64,000 bases of DNA from Gammaproteobacteria bacterium (GCA_965238175.1 CBDEGZ010000003.1:672001-736000), one strand, 5' to 3'; shown: positions 23,411 to 35,996, counted from the first letter of the stretch. The notes: generated by a model not told the origin, from the sequence alone. Program-made: numbers and translations.

Positions 23411-24853
23411 CTAAACAGGCGCAGGCAGTTCAGAACTTCCCATCAAGTATTGATCAACGCCATGAGCGGCTGAACGTCCTTCGGCAATTGCCCAGACGAT
23501 TAGAGATTGACCTCTTTGCATATCGCCTGCGGTAAAAACACCTTTTTCACTGGTCATCCAGTTTTTGTCTGCAACGACATTTCCGCGACCATCAAGATCA
23601 ACATTTAGTTGTTCCAGCATTCCAGGTTTTTCTGGGCCAAGAAAGCCCATTGAGAGGAATGCAAAATCACAGGGTAATGTTTGTTCGCTGCCAGCGACTT
23701 CTTCAAAACTCATACGTCCGTCTTTATTGATCATTGCGACGCTGACCAATTCGAGTCCGCTGACATTACCATTTCCGTCATCGATAAAACGTTTGCTTGA
23801 AACAGAGTAGACACGTTTGACGCCTTCTTCATGTGCTGAAGCTGTGCGGTAAATGAGTGGCCATTGTGGCCACGGATTTGTTTCTGCACGAGCTTCTGGT
23901 GGTTTGGGCATAATCTCAAGTTGATGAACAGATTTTGCACCTTGTCGGTTGGCTGAGCCTAAACAATCAGCACCGGTGTCACCACCGCCGATAATGACAA
24001 CGTGTTTGTCTTTTACATCGATAAAGTTATCTGGTTTTGGATCACCTTCGCAGACTTTATTCTGCATCGGTAAATATTCCATCGCCTGATAAATTCCTTT
24101 GAGTTCACGACCTGCAACGGGTAGATCGCGGGCGTGACATGCGCCGCCGGTGAGTAGTAATGCGTCGTAGTCTGATCGTAATTGTTCAACTGAAATATTG
24201 TCTCCAACATGTGCATTGGTTTTGAAGGCCACACCTTCAGCTTCCATTTGATCCATACGTCGATCAAGACGACTTTTTTCCATTTTGAATTCTGGTATTC
24301 CATATCGCATTAGACCACCAATCCGATCTGCTCTTTCAAAGACTGTGACGTCATGACCTGCGCGAGCAAGTTGTTGCGCTGCAGCTAATCCTGCTGGGCC
24401 TGATCCAACTATTGCGATGGTTTTGCCTGTTTTGTTTTCTGCAATTTCAGGTTTGATCCAACCTTCTTCAAAACCTTTGTCGATGATCGCTAGTTCTACA
24501 GATTTGATCGTGACAGGATCGTCATTGATGCCTAATACACAAGAGCCTTCACATGGAGCAGGACAAAGTGTGCCGGTGAATTCGGGGAAGTTATTGGTGG
24601 CGTGCAAACGATCGAGGGCATCTTCCCATTGATTGCGATAAACCAGATCATTCCAGTCAGGGATGAGATTACCTAATGGGCAACCTTCATGACAAAATGG
24701 AATGCCACAGTCCATACAACGTGCTGCTTGCTTCTTCAACGGCTCTTCAGGCACGGGCTGCATGACTTGTTTGTAATCTTTTAGTCGTTCGTCGACAGGC
24801 CGGTAAGGTTGCGCTAGACGATCAAATTCCATAAATCCAGTTACTTTACCCAT
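23411..24853 (-). CDS. gltD: Glutamate synthase small subunit, second type
   Basis: [40 protein letters not shown]. Confidence 0.95.
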   Translation of the reverse strand: MGKVTGFMEFDRLAQPYRPVDERLKDYKQVMQPVPEEPLKKQAARCMDCGIPFCHEGCPLGNLIPDWNDLVYRNQWEDALDRLHATNNFPEFTGTLCPAPCEGSCVLGINDDPVTIKSVELAIIDKGFEEGWIKPEIAENKTGKTIAIVGSGPAGLAAAQQLARAGHDVTVFERADRIGGLMRYGIPEFKMEKSRLDRRMDQMEAEGVAFKTNAHVGDNISVEQLRSDYDALLLTGGACHARDLPVAGRELKGIYQAMEYLPMQNKVCEGDPKPDNFIDVKDKHVVIIGGGDTGADCLGSANRQGAKSVHQLEIMPKPPEARAETNPWPQWPLIYRTASAHEEGVKRVYSVSSKRFIDDGNGNVSGLELVSVAMINKDGRMSFEEVAGSEQTLPCDFAFLSMGFLGPEKPGMLEQLNVDLDGRGNVVADKNWMTSEKGVFTAGDMQRGQSLIVWAIAEGRSAAHGVDQYLMGSSELPAPV

Positions 24854-27800
24854 GAGCAGCCTCCATGACTGCAGCGTCTACCGACGTGCCTTCTTTTTCT
24901 GCCTTTTCGATCGCTGCGAGTACGCGCTTGTAATCCCTTGGCATGACTTTGATAAATTTATACTGATAGCTGGTCCAGTCATTCAGAATGCGTTTTGCCA
25001 GCGTGCTATGTGTGTATTCCGCGTGGTTATGAAGTAACGATTTGATCGTTTCTACATCGCTATCATCTTCGACTCTTTCAAGGTCAACCATGCCAAGATT
25101 ACAATTATCGCGGAACTGATTTTTATCCATAAGGACATAAGCAATACCGCCGGACATGCCTGCAGCAAAATTTCTGCCGGTTGGGCCAAGAACCACAACG
25201 CGGCCGCCGGTCATGTATTCACAACCGTGATCGCCAATCCCTTCAACAACGGTACTGACGCCACTGTTTCTAACCGCAAAGCGTTCACCGGCCAGACCAC
25301 GAATATAAGCCTCACCTGTGGTGCCACCGTAAAGTAATACATTACCGACGATGACATTATCTTCAGGAGCAAAACTGCTATTTCGTGGTGGATAAACAAT
25401 AATTTTTCCGCCAGATAAACCTTTTCCGAGGTAATCGTTAGCATCACCTTCAAGCGTTAGCGTAACGCCTTTAGGAACAAATGCTCCAAAACTCATTCCT
25501 GCCGAACCATTGAAATGGATGTTGATCGTGTCTTCAGGAAGTCCTTCTGATCCGTAACGCTTGCTGATGTTGTAACCCAAAATGGTTCCTACAGAACGAT
25601 TCGTGCTCAACACGGGGACGATAATATCGACGGGCTTTTTGTCTTCAATTGCTTCCTTACATAAAGGTAGCAGGGTTTTCATATCTAGTGATTTATCAAG
25701 ACCGTGATCTTGTTCGTTGACTTGATAAATGCCAACACCGGGAGCAGCGTCTTCTTTATGTAGAATGGCTGAAAAATCCAGACCATGTGCTTTCCAATGA
25801 TCAATCGCAGGTCGGGTTTCTAATTGATCAACTTGGCCGACCATTTCATTAATGGTTCTAAAACCAAGCTTTGCCATATATTCGCGGACTTCTTCAGCAA
25901 TATATTTGAAAAAGTTTTCAACGAATTCTGGTTTGCCAGCGAATTTTTTACGTAACTCAGGATTTTGTGTCGCAATCCCAACTGGGCAGGTATTCAGATG
26001 ACAGGCACGCATCATAATGCAACCCATCACCACTAGAGGTGCTGTGGAGAATCCATATTCTTCCGCACCCAGAAGAGTGGCGATAACGACATCTCGACCA
26101 GTTTTAAGCTGACCATCGGTTTGTACAACGATCCGGTCGCGTAATTTATTTTTGACTAATACTTGTTGGGTTTCGGCTACGCCTAATTCCCACGGCAGCC
26201 CCGCATGTTTTAATGAACTCATTGGAGATGCGCCGGTGCCGCCGTCATAACCTGAGACTAAAACGACATCGGAATGTGCTTTTGCAACACCTGCAGCAAC
26301 GGTTCCTACGCCGACTTCTGCAACCAGCTTTACATGAACTCTGGCTTTTGGATTGGCATTTTTTAGATCGTGGATTAATTGGGCTAAATCTTCGATCGAA
26401 TAAATATCATGATGCGGCGGCGGCGATATTAAACCTACGCCGGGAGTAGAATGACGAACTTTAGCTATCCACGGATAGACTTTTGGCCCTGGTAATTGAC
26501 CACCTTCACCCGGTTTTGCTCCTTGCGCCATTTTGATTTGAATATCGTCGGCATTGGCCAGATATTCTCCGGTGACACCAAAGCGGCCTGAAGCAACTTG
26601 TTTGATTGAGCTACGGCGTAAGTCACCGTTTTCGTCTGGTGTAAACCGATCAGGATTTTCCCCGCCTTCGCCAGTATTGGATTTTCCACCAAGTCGATTC
26701 ATGGCGATGGCCAGCGTTTCGTGTGCTTCACCGCTGATAGAACCATATGACATCGCGCCGGTTGAAAAGCGTTTCATGATGTTTTCTATCGGTTCGACTT
26801 CTTCTAAAGGAATCGATTGTCGTTCAGTCTTGAATTCAAATAAGCCACGTAATGTTGCCAGCTTTTCGCTTTGATCATTGACCAGATCGGTATATTCCTT
26901 AAAGATCTTATATTGACCACTGCGAGTCGCGTGCTGCAATTTGAAAACAGTTTCTGGATTGAATAAATGATATTCGCCATCGCGTCGCCATTTGTACTCG
27001 CCACCCCATTCCAGAGCAGGTTTTTTCGATGGTCGTTCAGGAAATGCGTGTTGATGACGTAAGCTCATTTCCTCTGCGATCTCTTCAAGACCAATGCCGC
27101 CGATGCGTGACGCTGTCCAGGTGAAATATTGATCAACAAATTCTTTATTCAAACCAATCGCTTCAAATACTTGTGCGCCACGGTAAGATTGAACCGTAGA
27201 AATTCCCATTTTCGCCATGGTTTTGATCAAGCCTTTGTTTATGGCTTTGATATAGTTTTTGACTGCTTTTTCGTGGCCAATATTTTCTATATAACCTTTT
27301 CCGATCATGTCACCCAACGACTCAAAAGCGAGATACGGGTTGACTGCGCCGATGCCATAGCCGATCAAAACCGCGAAATGATGAACTTCTCTTGGTTCAC
27401 CCGATTCGAGAATTAAACCAATGCGGGTTCGGGTTCCTGATCTGATCAGATGATGATGTACGCCAGCTGTAGCCAATAATGGTGGAATTGCAGTCATGCT
27501 CTGATCAATTCCTCGATCAGAAAGAATGATATTTGTGTAGCCTTCTTCGATTGCAATATCGATTTGGGCGTAAACATCTTTCAGCGCTTTGTCTAAGCCT
27601 TTTCCGCCTTCTTTAACAGAGTACAAAATGGCCACGGATTTGGTTTTAAAGCCCGGCAGATTAACATCGCGAATTTTTGCCAGTTCTTCATTGGACAAAA
27701 TCGGCGAGTGAATTTTGATTTGACGACAACTTTCTGGAGCGGGTTCAAGTAAATTACCTTCTGGCCCAACCGTTGTTGCGATCTGAGTCACTAATTCTTC

Positions 27801-29411
27801 ACGAATTCCATCCAGTGGTGGGTTGGTGACTTGCGCAAAAAGCTGTTTGAAATAATCGTATAAAAGTCGAGAACGATCAGAAAGTACTGCCAGTGCAGTA
27901 TCTGTTCCCATTGATCCGGTAGGTTCGAGCCCATTGTTGGCCATCGGTGCCATCAAGGTTTTTAGATCTTCATGCGTATAACCGAACGCTTGCTGGCGTT
28001 GTAATAGTGTGTCGGTGTCTGAACCGTGGATCTGTTTTGGATCAGGCAATTGATCGACTGGAATAAGATGTTCTTGTAGCCACTCAGCATAAGGATGTGC
28101 GGTAGAGAATTCTTTTTTCAACTCTTCGTCATCGATAATCCGCTTTTGTTTGGTATCGACCATAAAGATCCGACCCGGATGCAGACGATCTTTATACAAA
28201 ACATTTTCTGGTGGAATATCGAGCACGCCGACTTCGGATGCCATTACAACCATGCCATCTTTAGTGACGTAATAACGTGAAGGGCGTAAACCGTTTCTAT
28301 CCAGTACGGCACCTATCACGTCGCCATCCATAAATGCGACGGAGGCCGGGCCATCCCAAGGTTCCATCAGACAGGCGTGATATTCATAAAATGCTTTTCG
28401 CTCAGCATCCATAGAATCGTTACCACTCCATGCTTCTGGGATCATCATCAAAACAGAATGCGGTAATGAGCGCCCCGTCATATGTAAAAATTCCATGACA
28501 TTATCGAATGTTGCCGAATCACTGCCGCCTTCAATTACGATCGGGAATAGCTTTTTAAGGTCATCTCCGAATAGTTCGGATTCACATAAAGCTTCGCGTG
28601 CGCGCATCCAGTTGGCATTACCACGGGCGGTGTTTATCTCACCATTATGTGCAATATACCTGAACGGGTGAGCCAGTTTCCAGGCTGGGAATGTATTGGT
28701 TGAAAAGCGTTGATGAACTAAAGCCATTGCCGATTCAAAATCTGGATCGCTTAGATCTGGGAACATTGGTTCGAGTTGAGGGCCCGTCAACATACCTTTA
28801 TATATAAAAGTTCTATATGACAAAGATGGGATATAGAATCGATCATTTTCTGAAAGATCAGAACTCCAGATTGTATGTTCAGCAAGTTTGCGGATCACAT
28901 ACAGTTTTCGTTCAAATGAGGCTTCATCTTTAACATCTTTGCCGCGGCCGATAAAAATTTGTCTAAAGGTAGGCTCACCCGAAATCGCAGTAGGGCCGAG
29001 TAGTCTGTCATCGGTAGGAACGTCGCGCCAGCCGAGTAATTCTTGTCCTTCCTGGAGGATAAGCTCTTCGAGAATAGATTGGCATTTTTTTGATTGATCA
29101 GGATCGTTGGGGAGGAAGATTAAACCAGCACCGTAATGACTATATTCAGGAAGATCAATATTTAATTCTTTACAGACACGTTGGAAAAATTTGTCAGGGG
29201 TTTGCGTGAGAATGCCAACACCATCACCGGTGTTTTCTTCACAACCGCAGGCGCCGCGGTGGATCAAATTTTGTAGGATAGTTAAAGCGTTATCGATAAT
29301 CTTGCGCGATTTTCGACCTTTAATATCCACAACAAAACCTACCCCGCATGCATCATGTTCGAATTGCGGGTCATAGAGAGCACTCGCTGGAGGATAACTT
29401 TTTTGCATCAT
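24846..29411 (-). CDS. gltB: Glutamate synthase large subunit, second type
   Basis: [37 protein letters not shown]. Confidence 0.96.
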   Translation of the reverse strand: MMQKSYPPASALYDPQFEHDACGVGFVVDIKGRKSRKIIDNALTILQNLIHRGACGCEENTGDGVGILTQTPDKFFQRVCKELNIDLPEYSHYGAGLIFLPNDPDQSKKCQSILEELILQEGQELLGWRDVPTDDRLLGPTAISGEPTFRQIFIGRGKDVKDEASFERKLYVIRKLAEHTIWSSDLSENDRFYIPSLSYRTFIYKGMLTGPQLEPMFPDLSDPDFESAMALVHQRFSTNTFPAWKLAHPFRYIAHNGEINTARGNANWMRAREALCESELFGDDLKKLFPIVIEGGSDSATFDNVMEFLHMTGRSLPHSVLMMIPEAWSGNDSMDAERKAFYEYHACLMEPWDGPASVAFMDGDVIGAVLDRNGLRPSRYYVTKDGMVVMASEVGVLDIPPENVLYKDRLHPGRIFMVDTKQKRIIDDEELKKEFSTAHPYAEWLQEHLIPVDQLPDPKQIHGSDTDTLLQRQQAFGYTHEDLKTLMAPMANNGLEPTGSMGTDTALAVLSDRSRLLYDYFKQLFAQVTNPPLDGIREELVTQIATTVGPEGNLLEPAPESCRQIKIHSPILSNEELAKIRDVNLPGFKTKSVAILYSVKEGGKGLDKALKDVYAQIDIAIEEGYTNIILSDRGIDQSMTAIPPLLATAGVHHHLIRSGTRTRIGLILESGEPREVHHFAVLIGYGIGAVNPYLAFESLGDMIGKGYIENIGHEKAVKNYIKAINKGLIKTMAKMGISTVQSYRGAQVFEAIGLNKEFVDQYFTWTASRIGGIGLEEIAEEMSLRHQHAFPERPSKKPALEWGGEYKWRRDGEYHLFNPETVFKLQHATRSGQYKIFKEYTDLVNDQSEKLATLRGLFEFKTERQSIPLEEVEPIENIMKRFSTGAMSYGSISGEAHETLAIAMNRLGGKSNTGEGGENPDRFTPDENGDLRRSSIKQVASGRFGVTGEYLANADDIQIKMAQGAKPGEGGQLPGPKVYPWIAKVRHSTPGVGLISPPPHHDIYSIEDLAQLIHDLKNANPKARVHVKLVAEVGVGTVAAGVAKAHSDVVLVSGYDGGTGASPMSSLKHAGLPWELGVAETQQVLVKNKLRDRIVVQTDGQLKTGRDVVIATLLGAEEYGFSTAPLVVMGCIMMRACHLNTCPVGIATQNPELRKKFAGKPEFVENFFKYIAEEVREYMAKLGFRTINEMVGQVDQLETRPAIDHWKAHGLDFSAILHKEDAAPGVGIYQVNEQDHGLDKSLDMKTLLPLCKEAIEDKKPVDIIVPVLSTNRSVGTILGYNISKRYGSEGLPEDTINIHFNGSAGMSFGAFVPKGVTLTLEGDANDYLGKGLSGGKIIVYPPRNSSFAPEDNVIVGNVLLYGGTTGEAYIRGLAGERFAVRNSGVSTVVEGIGDHGCEYMTGGRVVVLGPTGRNFAAGMSGGIAYVLMDKNQFRDNCNLGMVDLERVEDDSDVETIKSLLHNHAEYTHSTLAKRILNDWTSYQYKFIKVMPRDYKRVLAAIEKAEKEGTSVDAAVMEAAHG

Positions 29412-29575
29412 TCTACCGCCAGATCAAATTATTTCTTCTTATTTTTTGTATTCTCAGTTACGACTGAGGCCTGATGCGAAAGAGCTGGAACACAATAATA
29501 TTGATCGTTTATTAATAGTGTATCTCGTCCAATTTCTGCATTCAGGCTATTCCATCAAATGTAGGACGGCCGTGT

Positions 29576-29604
29576 ATTATAAGATCTTGGTCTCTTTTTG
29601 TCAC
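29576..29604 (-). promoter_or_regulatory. Sigma70 promoter of the second gltBD
   Basis: GTGACA-17 bp-TATAAT on the minus strand. Confidence 0.6.
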
Positions 29605-29727
29605 TGTGTGACGTTTTGATACACTCGAGAACATGGTCTCTCAGTGTCTAATATAAGGAATTGGGAGCTAATAGTCAGGATCAAGTTTTAATCTCCCTAA
29701 TCCTGTTCTAAATATAAATTGGAGTAA

Positions 29728-31107
29728 TTACAACTTCCACACTTTAAACTTACGTCCTTTAATTTTACCTTCGGATAAAATCTTCAACGCTTGTTTAACA
29801 ACGAGGTGTTCTACAGCTACGTAAGCTTGTGTATCGAAAATATCAATTTTCCCAATGTGTTTACCAGGTAGATTGGTATTCTTTGTCAGGGCACCTAAAA
29901 CATCTCCAGGGTGGATTTTATTTTTACGACCACCATTGATGCCAAGTGTGACCATTGGTGGATATAGTTTGAAATTCTTCTGCCGGTTTAATGATGAAGT
30001 CTTTTCAATACTGACGGGGTTGTCTTGATATTGCTCTATTGCATTCACTCTAATTTTTTCGGAGGTCGTAAATAGGCTAATCGCTAGCCCATTTTTTTCT
30101 GCACGACCTGTGCGTCCAATACGGTGAATATGAATTTCTGGATCCAGTGATAATTCGAAATTGATCACGGCATTCAAATCTTTAATATCCAGCCCGCGAG
30201 AGGCAACATCGGTCGCGATAAGCAAGGAGCTACTTTTATTAGAAAACTGTAGCAGTACTTGATCTCGTTCTCGTTGTTCAAGATCACCATGTAATGCCAG
30301 TGCGTGGAAGCCATCGTGTTTTAAATCATTGGCAAGTTCCTGACATTTTTGTTTTGTATTACAAAACACAACACTGGATTCTGGCTTGTAGTGATGAAGT
30401 ATGGAAACTAACGTTTCGCTTCTATTGCCTTTTTGTACTTCGTAAAAAACTTGTTCAATTTTGTTGTTGTCATGTAGGCTTTCAACTTGAATATCGACAG
30501 GTTTTTTCTGGAGGTTTTTACTTATGCGGTTTATTTCTTCGGAGTATGTGGCGGAAAATAACAGTGTTTGTCTTTGCGCTGGTGTATGGGTGATTATTTT
30601 CAGAATATCGTCATGAAAACCCATGTCTAACATGCGATCAGCTTCATCCAAAACAAGCGTTGTTAAATGATCAAGAATTAATGATTCCTCTTCTAAATGT
30701 TTTAAGATCCGGCCGGGAGTACCGACGACGATATGTGGGTTGTGTTTCAATGAGATGCGTTGTGCTGCGATTGGTTTGCCGCCACATAAAGTGAGAATTT
30801 TGGTGTTAGCGATGGGACGTGCGAGGCGCCGAATTTCATTGCAGACTTGATCTGCAAGTTCACGTGTAGGGCAAAGTACCAATGATTGCGTCTGGTGATT
30901 TTGACTATCCAGTTTTTTGAGTAAGCCAACTCCAAAGGCCGCCGTTTTACCGCTGCCGGTTTTTGCTTGTGCCTTGACGTCTTTGCCACCCAAAATATCG
31001 GGTAGGCTTTGTGCCTGTATTGGGGACATCTCCTGATAGCCAAGTGCTTGTAGATTGGCCAAGAATTCTGGTGTTAACGATAATGATGAGAACGCAGTCA
31101 TAGTCAC
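29728..31107 (-). CDS. dbpA: DEAD-box RNA helicase DbpA
   Basis: AKTGSGKT, DEAD, SAT, HRIGRTGR and a C-terminal RNA-binding domain (GGRKNKIHPGDVLGAL). Confidence 0.93.
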   Translation of the reverse strand: MTMTAFSSLSLTPEFLANLQALGYQEMSPIQAQSLPDILGGKDVKAQAKTGSGKTAAFGVGLLKKLDSQNHQTQSLVLCPTRELADQVCNEIRRLARPIANTKILTLCGGKPIAAQRISLKHNPHIVVGTPGRILKHLEEESLILDHLTTLVLDEADRMLDMGFHDDILKIITHTPAQRQTLLFSATYSEEINRISKNLQKKPVDIQVESLHDNNKIEQVFYEVQKGNRSETLVSILHHYKPESSVVFCNTKQKCQELANDLKHDGFHALALHGDLEQRERDQVLLQFSNKSSSLLIATDVASRGLDIKDLNAVINFELSLDPEIHIHRIGRTGRAEKNGLAISLFTTSEKIRVNAIEQYQDNPVSIEKTSSLNRQKNFKLYPPMVTLGINGGRKNKIHPGDVLGALTKNTNLPGKHIGKIDIFDTQAYVAVEHLVVKQALKILSEGKIKGRKFKVWKL

Positions 31108-31284
31108 AGAAAGGAGTGCTCTATTGAGTGTAAGGATGTCCCAAGATGGTAACAGGTTTAGAGGGTTGTATGGCTATTATAGGTTGTTTATATAGCCTGC
31201 TATTTAGATTAGCCTCAACTATACTAGTCATGTTTTATTTTACTGCATAAGTTTTCATTTTAACTCATCACTACAGGCCCCAAG

Positions 31285-32610
31285 TTGGATCTAACTAAAG
31301 ACCCTATACCTCACTTACTTAAAAGAATTGCAGTTCCGGCAAGTGTCGGGATGTTTTTTAGCACCATGTATTACATTGTCGATAATTTTTACGCAGGGAT
31401 GTTATCGTCAACCGCGTTAGCAGGTATTTCACTAGCCGCACCGATTTATTTTATGGGTATGGCTGTTTCAATTGGTGTTGGGCAAGGAACAAATGCGTTA
31501 GTAGGCAATGCTCGAGGCGAAGGGAGAAATGATCTAGCTGAACAAATCGCTGGCCGTGCGATATCCTTCGCCTGGTTATCAGCAATTTTGATTGGGTTTA
31601 TTGTGCTGTTCTTCTCGTCGGATCTATTCGCGATAATGGGTGCACAAGGTGCATATACTGCCGATGCGATTAATTATCTATCAATAATATTACCGGCTTT
31701 AGCTTTCTCTGCTCATGCGATGGCGGCAAATGGCATTTTAAACTCTTTGGGTGACACAACGAGTTTTCGTAACAGCTTAGTGGTGGCTTTCTTTGCGAAT
31801 ATTGCGCTCGATCCTTTACTGATGTTTGGTTTTGGCTGGGGAGTACATGGCCTTGCTGCTGCGACAGCATTAACTCAGCTAGGTAGTGCCATTTACCTTT
31901 CTTTGCAAGTATATCAGAGCCAGCTAGGTCATTGTCTGAGTGTTAAGAATTTACGTCCAGATTGGCAACAATACTTGGAATTACTAAAACAGTCTTTGCC
32001 GGCGAGTACCAATATGTTTCTGATCGCGCTTGGATCAATTATTGTCACCGCTGCTGTTACTAGATTTGGGGAAGATGCTGTCGCTGGGTTAGGTATTGCG
32101 CTAAGAATAGAACAACTGGTCATCTTGCCTACAGTCGGTATTAACATTGCTGTGTTATCTATAGTTAGTGTGAATTTTGGTGCCAAGCAGTTTGATCGAA
32201 TGGAAAAGGTTGCGTTTGATTCGATTAAAATGGGTGTCGGGTTAATGGTGTTAGGTGGCATATTCGTGTTTATTTTTGCTCGTCCGCTTATCGCAATATT
32301 TACTGATGATGCTAACGTGATAGATATCGGTGTTGGCTATTTACGTGTTGAAGCGATAATTTTACCCGCGTATGTATTGTCTTTTGTTTCTGGCGCAGTG
32401 TTACAAGGAATGAAGCAGGCTGTGATCCCTATGTATTTTAATTTTATTCGACAGTTAGTTTTGCCGTCTTTATTTATAGTGATTTCTCTGACTATTTTAA
32501 AGACAGGTATCTTTGGTATTTGGTGGTCTATTGCAACGGCGAGCTGGTTAACTGTGCTTTTACAATTTACTCATATGCGAGGTCGTGTAAAAGAGCGAGC
32601 CAGCCTTTAG
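31285..32610 (+). CDS. MATE efflux transporter
   Basis: About 12 TMs; NIALDPLL, NFGA motifs. Confidence 0.92.
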   Translation: MDLTKDPIPHLLKRIAVPASVGMFFSTMYYIVDNFYAGMLSSTALAGISLAAPIYFMGMAVSIGVGQGTNALVGNARGEGRNDLAEQIAGRAISFAWLSAILIGFIVLFFSSDLFAIMGAQGAYTADAINYLSIILPALAFSAHAMAANGILNSLGDTTSFRNSLVVAFFANIALDPLLMFGFGWGVHGLAAATALTQLGSAIYLSLQVYQSQLGHCLSVKNLRPDWQQYLELLKQSLPASTNMFLIALGSIIVTAAVTRFGEDAVAGLGIALRIEQLVILPTVGINIAVLSIVSVNFGAKQFDRMEKVAFDSIKMGVGLMVLGGIFVFIFARPLIAIFTDDANVIDIGVGYLRVEAIILPAYVLSFVSGAVLQGMKQAVIPMYFNFIRQLVLPSLFIVISLTILKTGIFGIWWSIATASWLTVLLQFTHMRGRVKERASL

Positions 32611-32911
32611 AAATAGACCGTATGGTAAGAATATAGAGAAATTAAAGGGGAGCACGAGCTAATTGTTTCTGTTTCAGATCTAAGGTGAGAGACTGTTGAA
32701 ATATTGATTCGATAAATAAAGTACTTTACAAAGGCGGCTTCCAAATCTATAAAAGCGACATAAACCTTTTTACAGCTTATAGACCAGACGGAATGAGGGT
32801 GAATTTTTGGTGGTACGTAATCTAGAAGCTTAATCGGTGTTAATATCACTAAAGTGAGGCACGTTGTTGAACCTAATAATATATAGAAGAATTTCAAGAG
32901 ATATTTCCTTA

Positions 32912-33397
32912 ATGAAGAACAACATAATTAATCGATTCATAGTTTTGTTGGCATTGATCCATCCCTATTCTGTACTGGCAGAAGAAAGCTGGTTCAACTA
33001 TGACCACCTTTATCTTCAGGCGGGATCCTATGTCCATTTTAGTCAAAATGACGATCATTCTGGAAGCAGATTTTTGATCAGCCTAGAAGCCGTAAAATCT
33101 AATGATTGGTTATACGGAGTATCACTCTTTGACAATTCCTTTGGTCAATTTTCACAGTATTTATATACAGGAAAAAGCTGGGATTATCATGATACTTGGG
33201 AAGGTTTTCACACTAAGTTAACCGTTGGATTAATTCACGGATATAAGGATGAGTACCGCGACAAAATTCCTTTAAATAATAGTGGAATAGCGCCTGCTAT
33301 TATTCCAGGGGTCGGATATAAAAAAGGACGTTTTGGCGGAGACATGATTTTTTTAGGATTTAATGCGCTGTTGTTTACAGTAGGGATGGATTTCTAA
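32912..33397 (+). CDS. Exported small beta-barrel protein (PagP-like fold, uncharacterised)
   Basis: Signal peptide, FDNSFGQFSQYLY, GLIHGYK, C-terminal Phe. Confidence 0.6.
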   Translation: MKNNIINRFIVLLALIHPYSVLAEESWFNYDHLYLQAGSYVHFSQNDDHSGSRFLISLEAVKSNDWLYGVSLFDNSFGQFSQYLYTGKSWDYHDTWEGFHTKLTVGLIHGYKDEYRDKIPLNNSGIAPAIIPGVGYKKGRFGGDMIFLGFNALLFTVGMDF

Positions 33398-33539
33398 CTG
33401 AATTGCATTCAGTTTTTGAGGATTTATATTAAAAGCAAGGATATTAGTCGACATTATTTGTCTACCTTAACCTGAACTCGATGTATGGACTCGTTTGGTT
33501 TGGTTACTCCACGCTACTTTAGTAGGGTGGGGAAGTCCA

Positions 33540-33700
33540 TACATCGGGTTAATTACATGGTGGATAACTTTCTCTTCCGCATTAAAATGATCCGAACCAG
33601 CAATGGCCATGAATTTCAAACCAGGCTTCATTGGCATGTTTCAGATCTCGGTATAATCAAACCCGCTACGCCACGATTAAACGGTAAAGTAGAACACTTG
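33540..33700 (+). pseudogene. IS481-family integrase-core fragment (different element)
   Basis: RTSNGHEFQ..HWHV.DLGI..IKPATPRLNGKVE. Confidence 0.75.
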
Positions 33701-34045
33701 GCCAGAATCTAGATGAATCTGGAGCCAATGCTTCATCGATCAAAAATAAGTTATCGCTTTCATCTACCCCAAATTCAAATTTGGTCTCGGCAATAATAAT
33801 GCCTTTTTCAAGAGCATACTCAGCGGCTTCTTTATAAAGCTGTAAGCTAACCTCTTTTACTTGAGATGCTTTGTCAGTTGTTGAGCTTGTTTTAATCCTG
33901 TAGCCAATTTAATATCACACACGGCTCCTGAATTTTGATAATCTTTCCAACCAGATCCGATCAAATAACCACGGACAATTGCTTCGACAGGAAGTGGTTT
34001 GAGTTTCTTAACGACAATTGCACGGCCATTTACTTGATCGAATTC
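33697..34045 (-). pseudogene. purC: SAICAR synthetase fragment with internal deletion
   Basis: [18 protein letters not shown], then GIIIAETKFEFG...LIDEALAPDSSRFWP in another frame. Confidence 0.85.
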
Positions 34046-34102
34046 TTTTTTTCGCACAAAAGGTGACAGGTTGCGGAGTCAGATTGCATGTCCTTGTTAT
34101 GG
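34040..34102 (-). repeat. Truncated attC site
   Basis: CCATAACAAGG..CAATCTGACT..CAACCTGTCACCTTTTGTGCG resembles the left half of a long attC; fused to the purC relic. Confidence 0.55.
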
Positions 34103-34417
34103 CTATTTTTGGTAACCACTGATAGTTACCCCCGTTTCATCTTCAATAAGCGGTAACTGTCCTAAACTACGCAATGAATTCTAAATACCTAGTGTCATCG
34201 TTGTATTTTCTGCCTGTGTGGAGTTCTCGTTTTTCTTTGTATCTAGGGCATCGTATTACGAATATTTCTTTCAAAAAAAGGCCCATGAGCAGTACAATCT
34301 GTTGTGTGGTCACCCTCAGCACCTCCTTTCTACAAGCCATGATGTCTCTTTTTATGTAAGGGACACGTACCTTTTGCACGTCCCAGTGAGCGATAGTGAA
34401 CACATTTTCTTTTTGGA

Positions 34418-34486
34418 ACATAACGCCGCCATAATTTGTCAGCTGGAGCGCAGCATAAGATAGTCAAGTTGATGGCCTTGTTATGT
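34418..34486 (-). repeat. attC site
   Basis: ACATAAC...GTTATGT complementary R boxes with 5-nt spacers and a central GCTGCGCTCCAGC. Confidence 0.8.
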
Positions 34487-34865
34487 GCTGTTGTTTATAA
34501 CGAGTAGTAATTTCACCAGCTTTATCTCTAAACTTAAAAATATTCGAATTTATTTCTACAATTTCATCACACCAATTCAAACCAACAGGTATAAACTCAG
34601 GGATAGAAGATTTCTTTATTGTTACACAATGCAACAAGACTTCTTCTTTTTTTATTACGTAATTAGCTTCTACATTGTAACTTACAGAAGATCCAGGAAC
34701 TGTCCCCCACACTATTAGTGTCTCATCGGGCAAATACTCATAAAACCCCCAAAAGGACTTTCCTCCATCATCAGAAGCACCCCAAATACCAATAAAATCT
34801 TTATTTTGGATGTCAGTACACCCAAATAAAAAGCTTGCCACAATAAATATTATATAAAATTTCAT
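34464..34865 (-). CDS. Cassette-borne lipoprotein (lipocalin-like)
   Basis: Lipobox LFGC, FIGIW motif; lies between two attC sites. Confidence 0.7.
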   Translation of the reverse strand: MKFYIIFIVASFLFGCTDIQNKDFIGIWGASDDGGKSFWGFYEYLPDETLIVWGTVPGSSVSYNVEANYVIKKEEVLLHCVTIKKSSIPEFIPVGLNWCDEIVEINSNIFKFRDKAGEITTRYKQQHITRPST

Positions 34866-34879
34866 TAATTCTCTCTTAC

Positions 34880-34951
34880 ACATGGCGCTGCTCTCCGCGG
34901 CAACTCTGGAGCACAGTGGTGAAGTTGTCCGACAGCAGCGTTTTGTTAAAT
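34880..34951 (-). repeat. Degenerate attC site
   Basis: ATTTAACAAAACGCTGCTGTCGGACAAC...GTTGCCGC..AGCAGCGCCATGT; the R' GTT is mutated to GCC. Confidence 0.7.
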
Positions 34952-35327
34952 GCTTGATATGACAAACTTAAGATCATATCCATTAAAATTATGGTTTGAC
35001 CACTTTTCTACAGCCAGTAAAATTACCTTACCTCCATTTTTTTCAGAAAACGACTCACCTTGGAAAATAGCGCTTTTCATCTCTTCGGATAGGGACTGAT
35101 TTAAGCTAGAGAGGCCTAAAATGTAGTGGCATAGTTAAATTGGCCATCTAATTTAGTCAACCCTAAAAAAACAAACTAACCCATAGAATATGTTAACAAA
35201 GACTCAGCAACAAGATGACCCAATCGACCAGCGATAATATAATGTAAGCTCCTTCTCTAGTCGAAATGCTGACCAAAAGCCGTGCTGGTGGTTTTCAACC
35301 GAGTTTGTTTGGGAATAACTAAATAAT

Positions 35328-35996
35328 ATGAAATACTTAATAATAATTTTTTGTTTTATAGCAAATGATATTTCAGCAGAAGAAAGCATTTGTTTTGGTA
35401 CAACTTCAAATGGAAGATTAGAAAAGGGAGTTCAATTACCTTCGGAAGGAAAAAATTATATTAGCTACAGTTCGCTTGCACGTTTCGCTGGACGAACCTA
35501 TGTACACTCTTCAGTAAGGTCGATAATAGTCAATGCATATAAAACACTAGAGAAAGAACAATCAGATAAAGTATACAAATATGCTGAAACAGGCACGAAA
35601 AATGGTGGGCAATTTAAACCGCATAAAACACATCAAAATGGACTCTCAGTTGATTTTATGACGCCAGTTACAAACATGAAAGGTAAGTCTGTTCATTTAC
35701 CAACAAATCCATTGAATAAATTGGGTTACAACATAGAGTTTGATTCTAAAGGACAGTATAAAAAACTACTGATTGATTACGATGCACTGGCAGCACATCT
35801 TGTTGCACTTCACAAAGAAGCAACATCTCAAGGGTATGATATTTGGCGTGTTATATTTGATCCAAAACTTCAACAATATTTATTTAAGACCATATATGCT
35901 GATTATCTTAAAAAGAATATAAGCTTTTCAAAAAAGAGATCTTGGGTAAGGCATGATGAACACTATCATGTTGATTTTGCAATACCGTGTCGATAG
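35328..35996 (+). CDS. Penicillin-insensitive murein endopeptidase (MepA-like)
   Basis: Signal peptide; GGQF.PHKTHQNGLSVDF and HDEHYHV zinc motifs. Confidence 0.8.
   Translation: MKYLIIIFCFIANDISAEESICFGTTSNGRLEKGVQLPSEGKNYISYSSLARFAGRTYVHSSVRSIIVNAYKTLEKEQSDKVYKYAETGTKNGGQFKPHKTHQNGLSVDFMTPVTNMKGKSVHLPTNPLNKLGYNIEFDSKGQYKKLLIDYDALAAHLVALHKEATSQGYDIWRVIFDPKLQQYLFKTIYADYLKKNISFSKKRSWVRHDEHYHVDFAIPCR

Noticed and set aside
34167-34463. Three short overlapping ORFs between attC sites
   Set aside because: No recognisable family; probably one degraded cassette gene.
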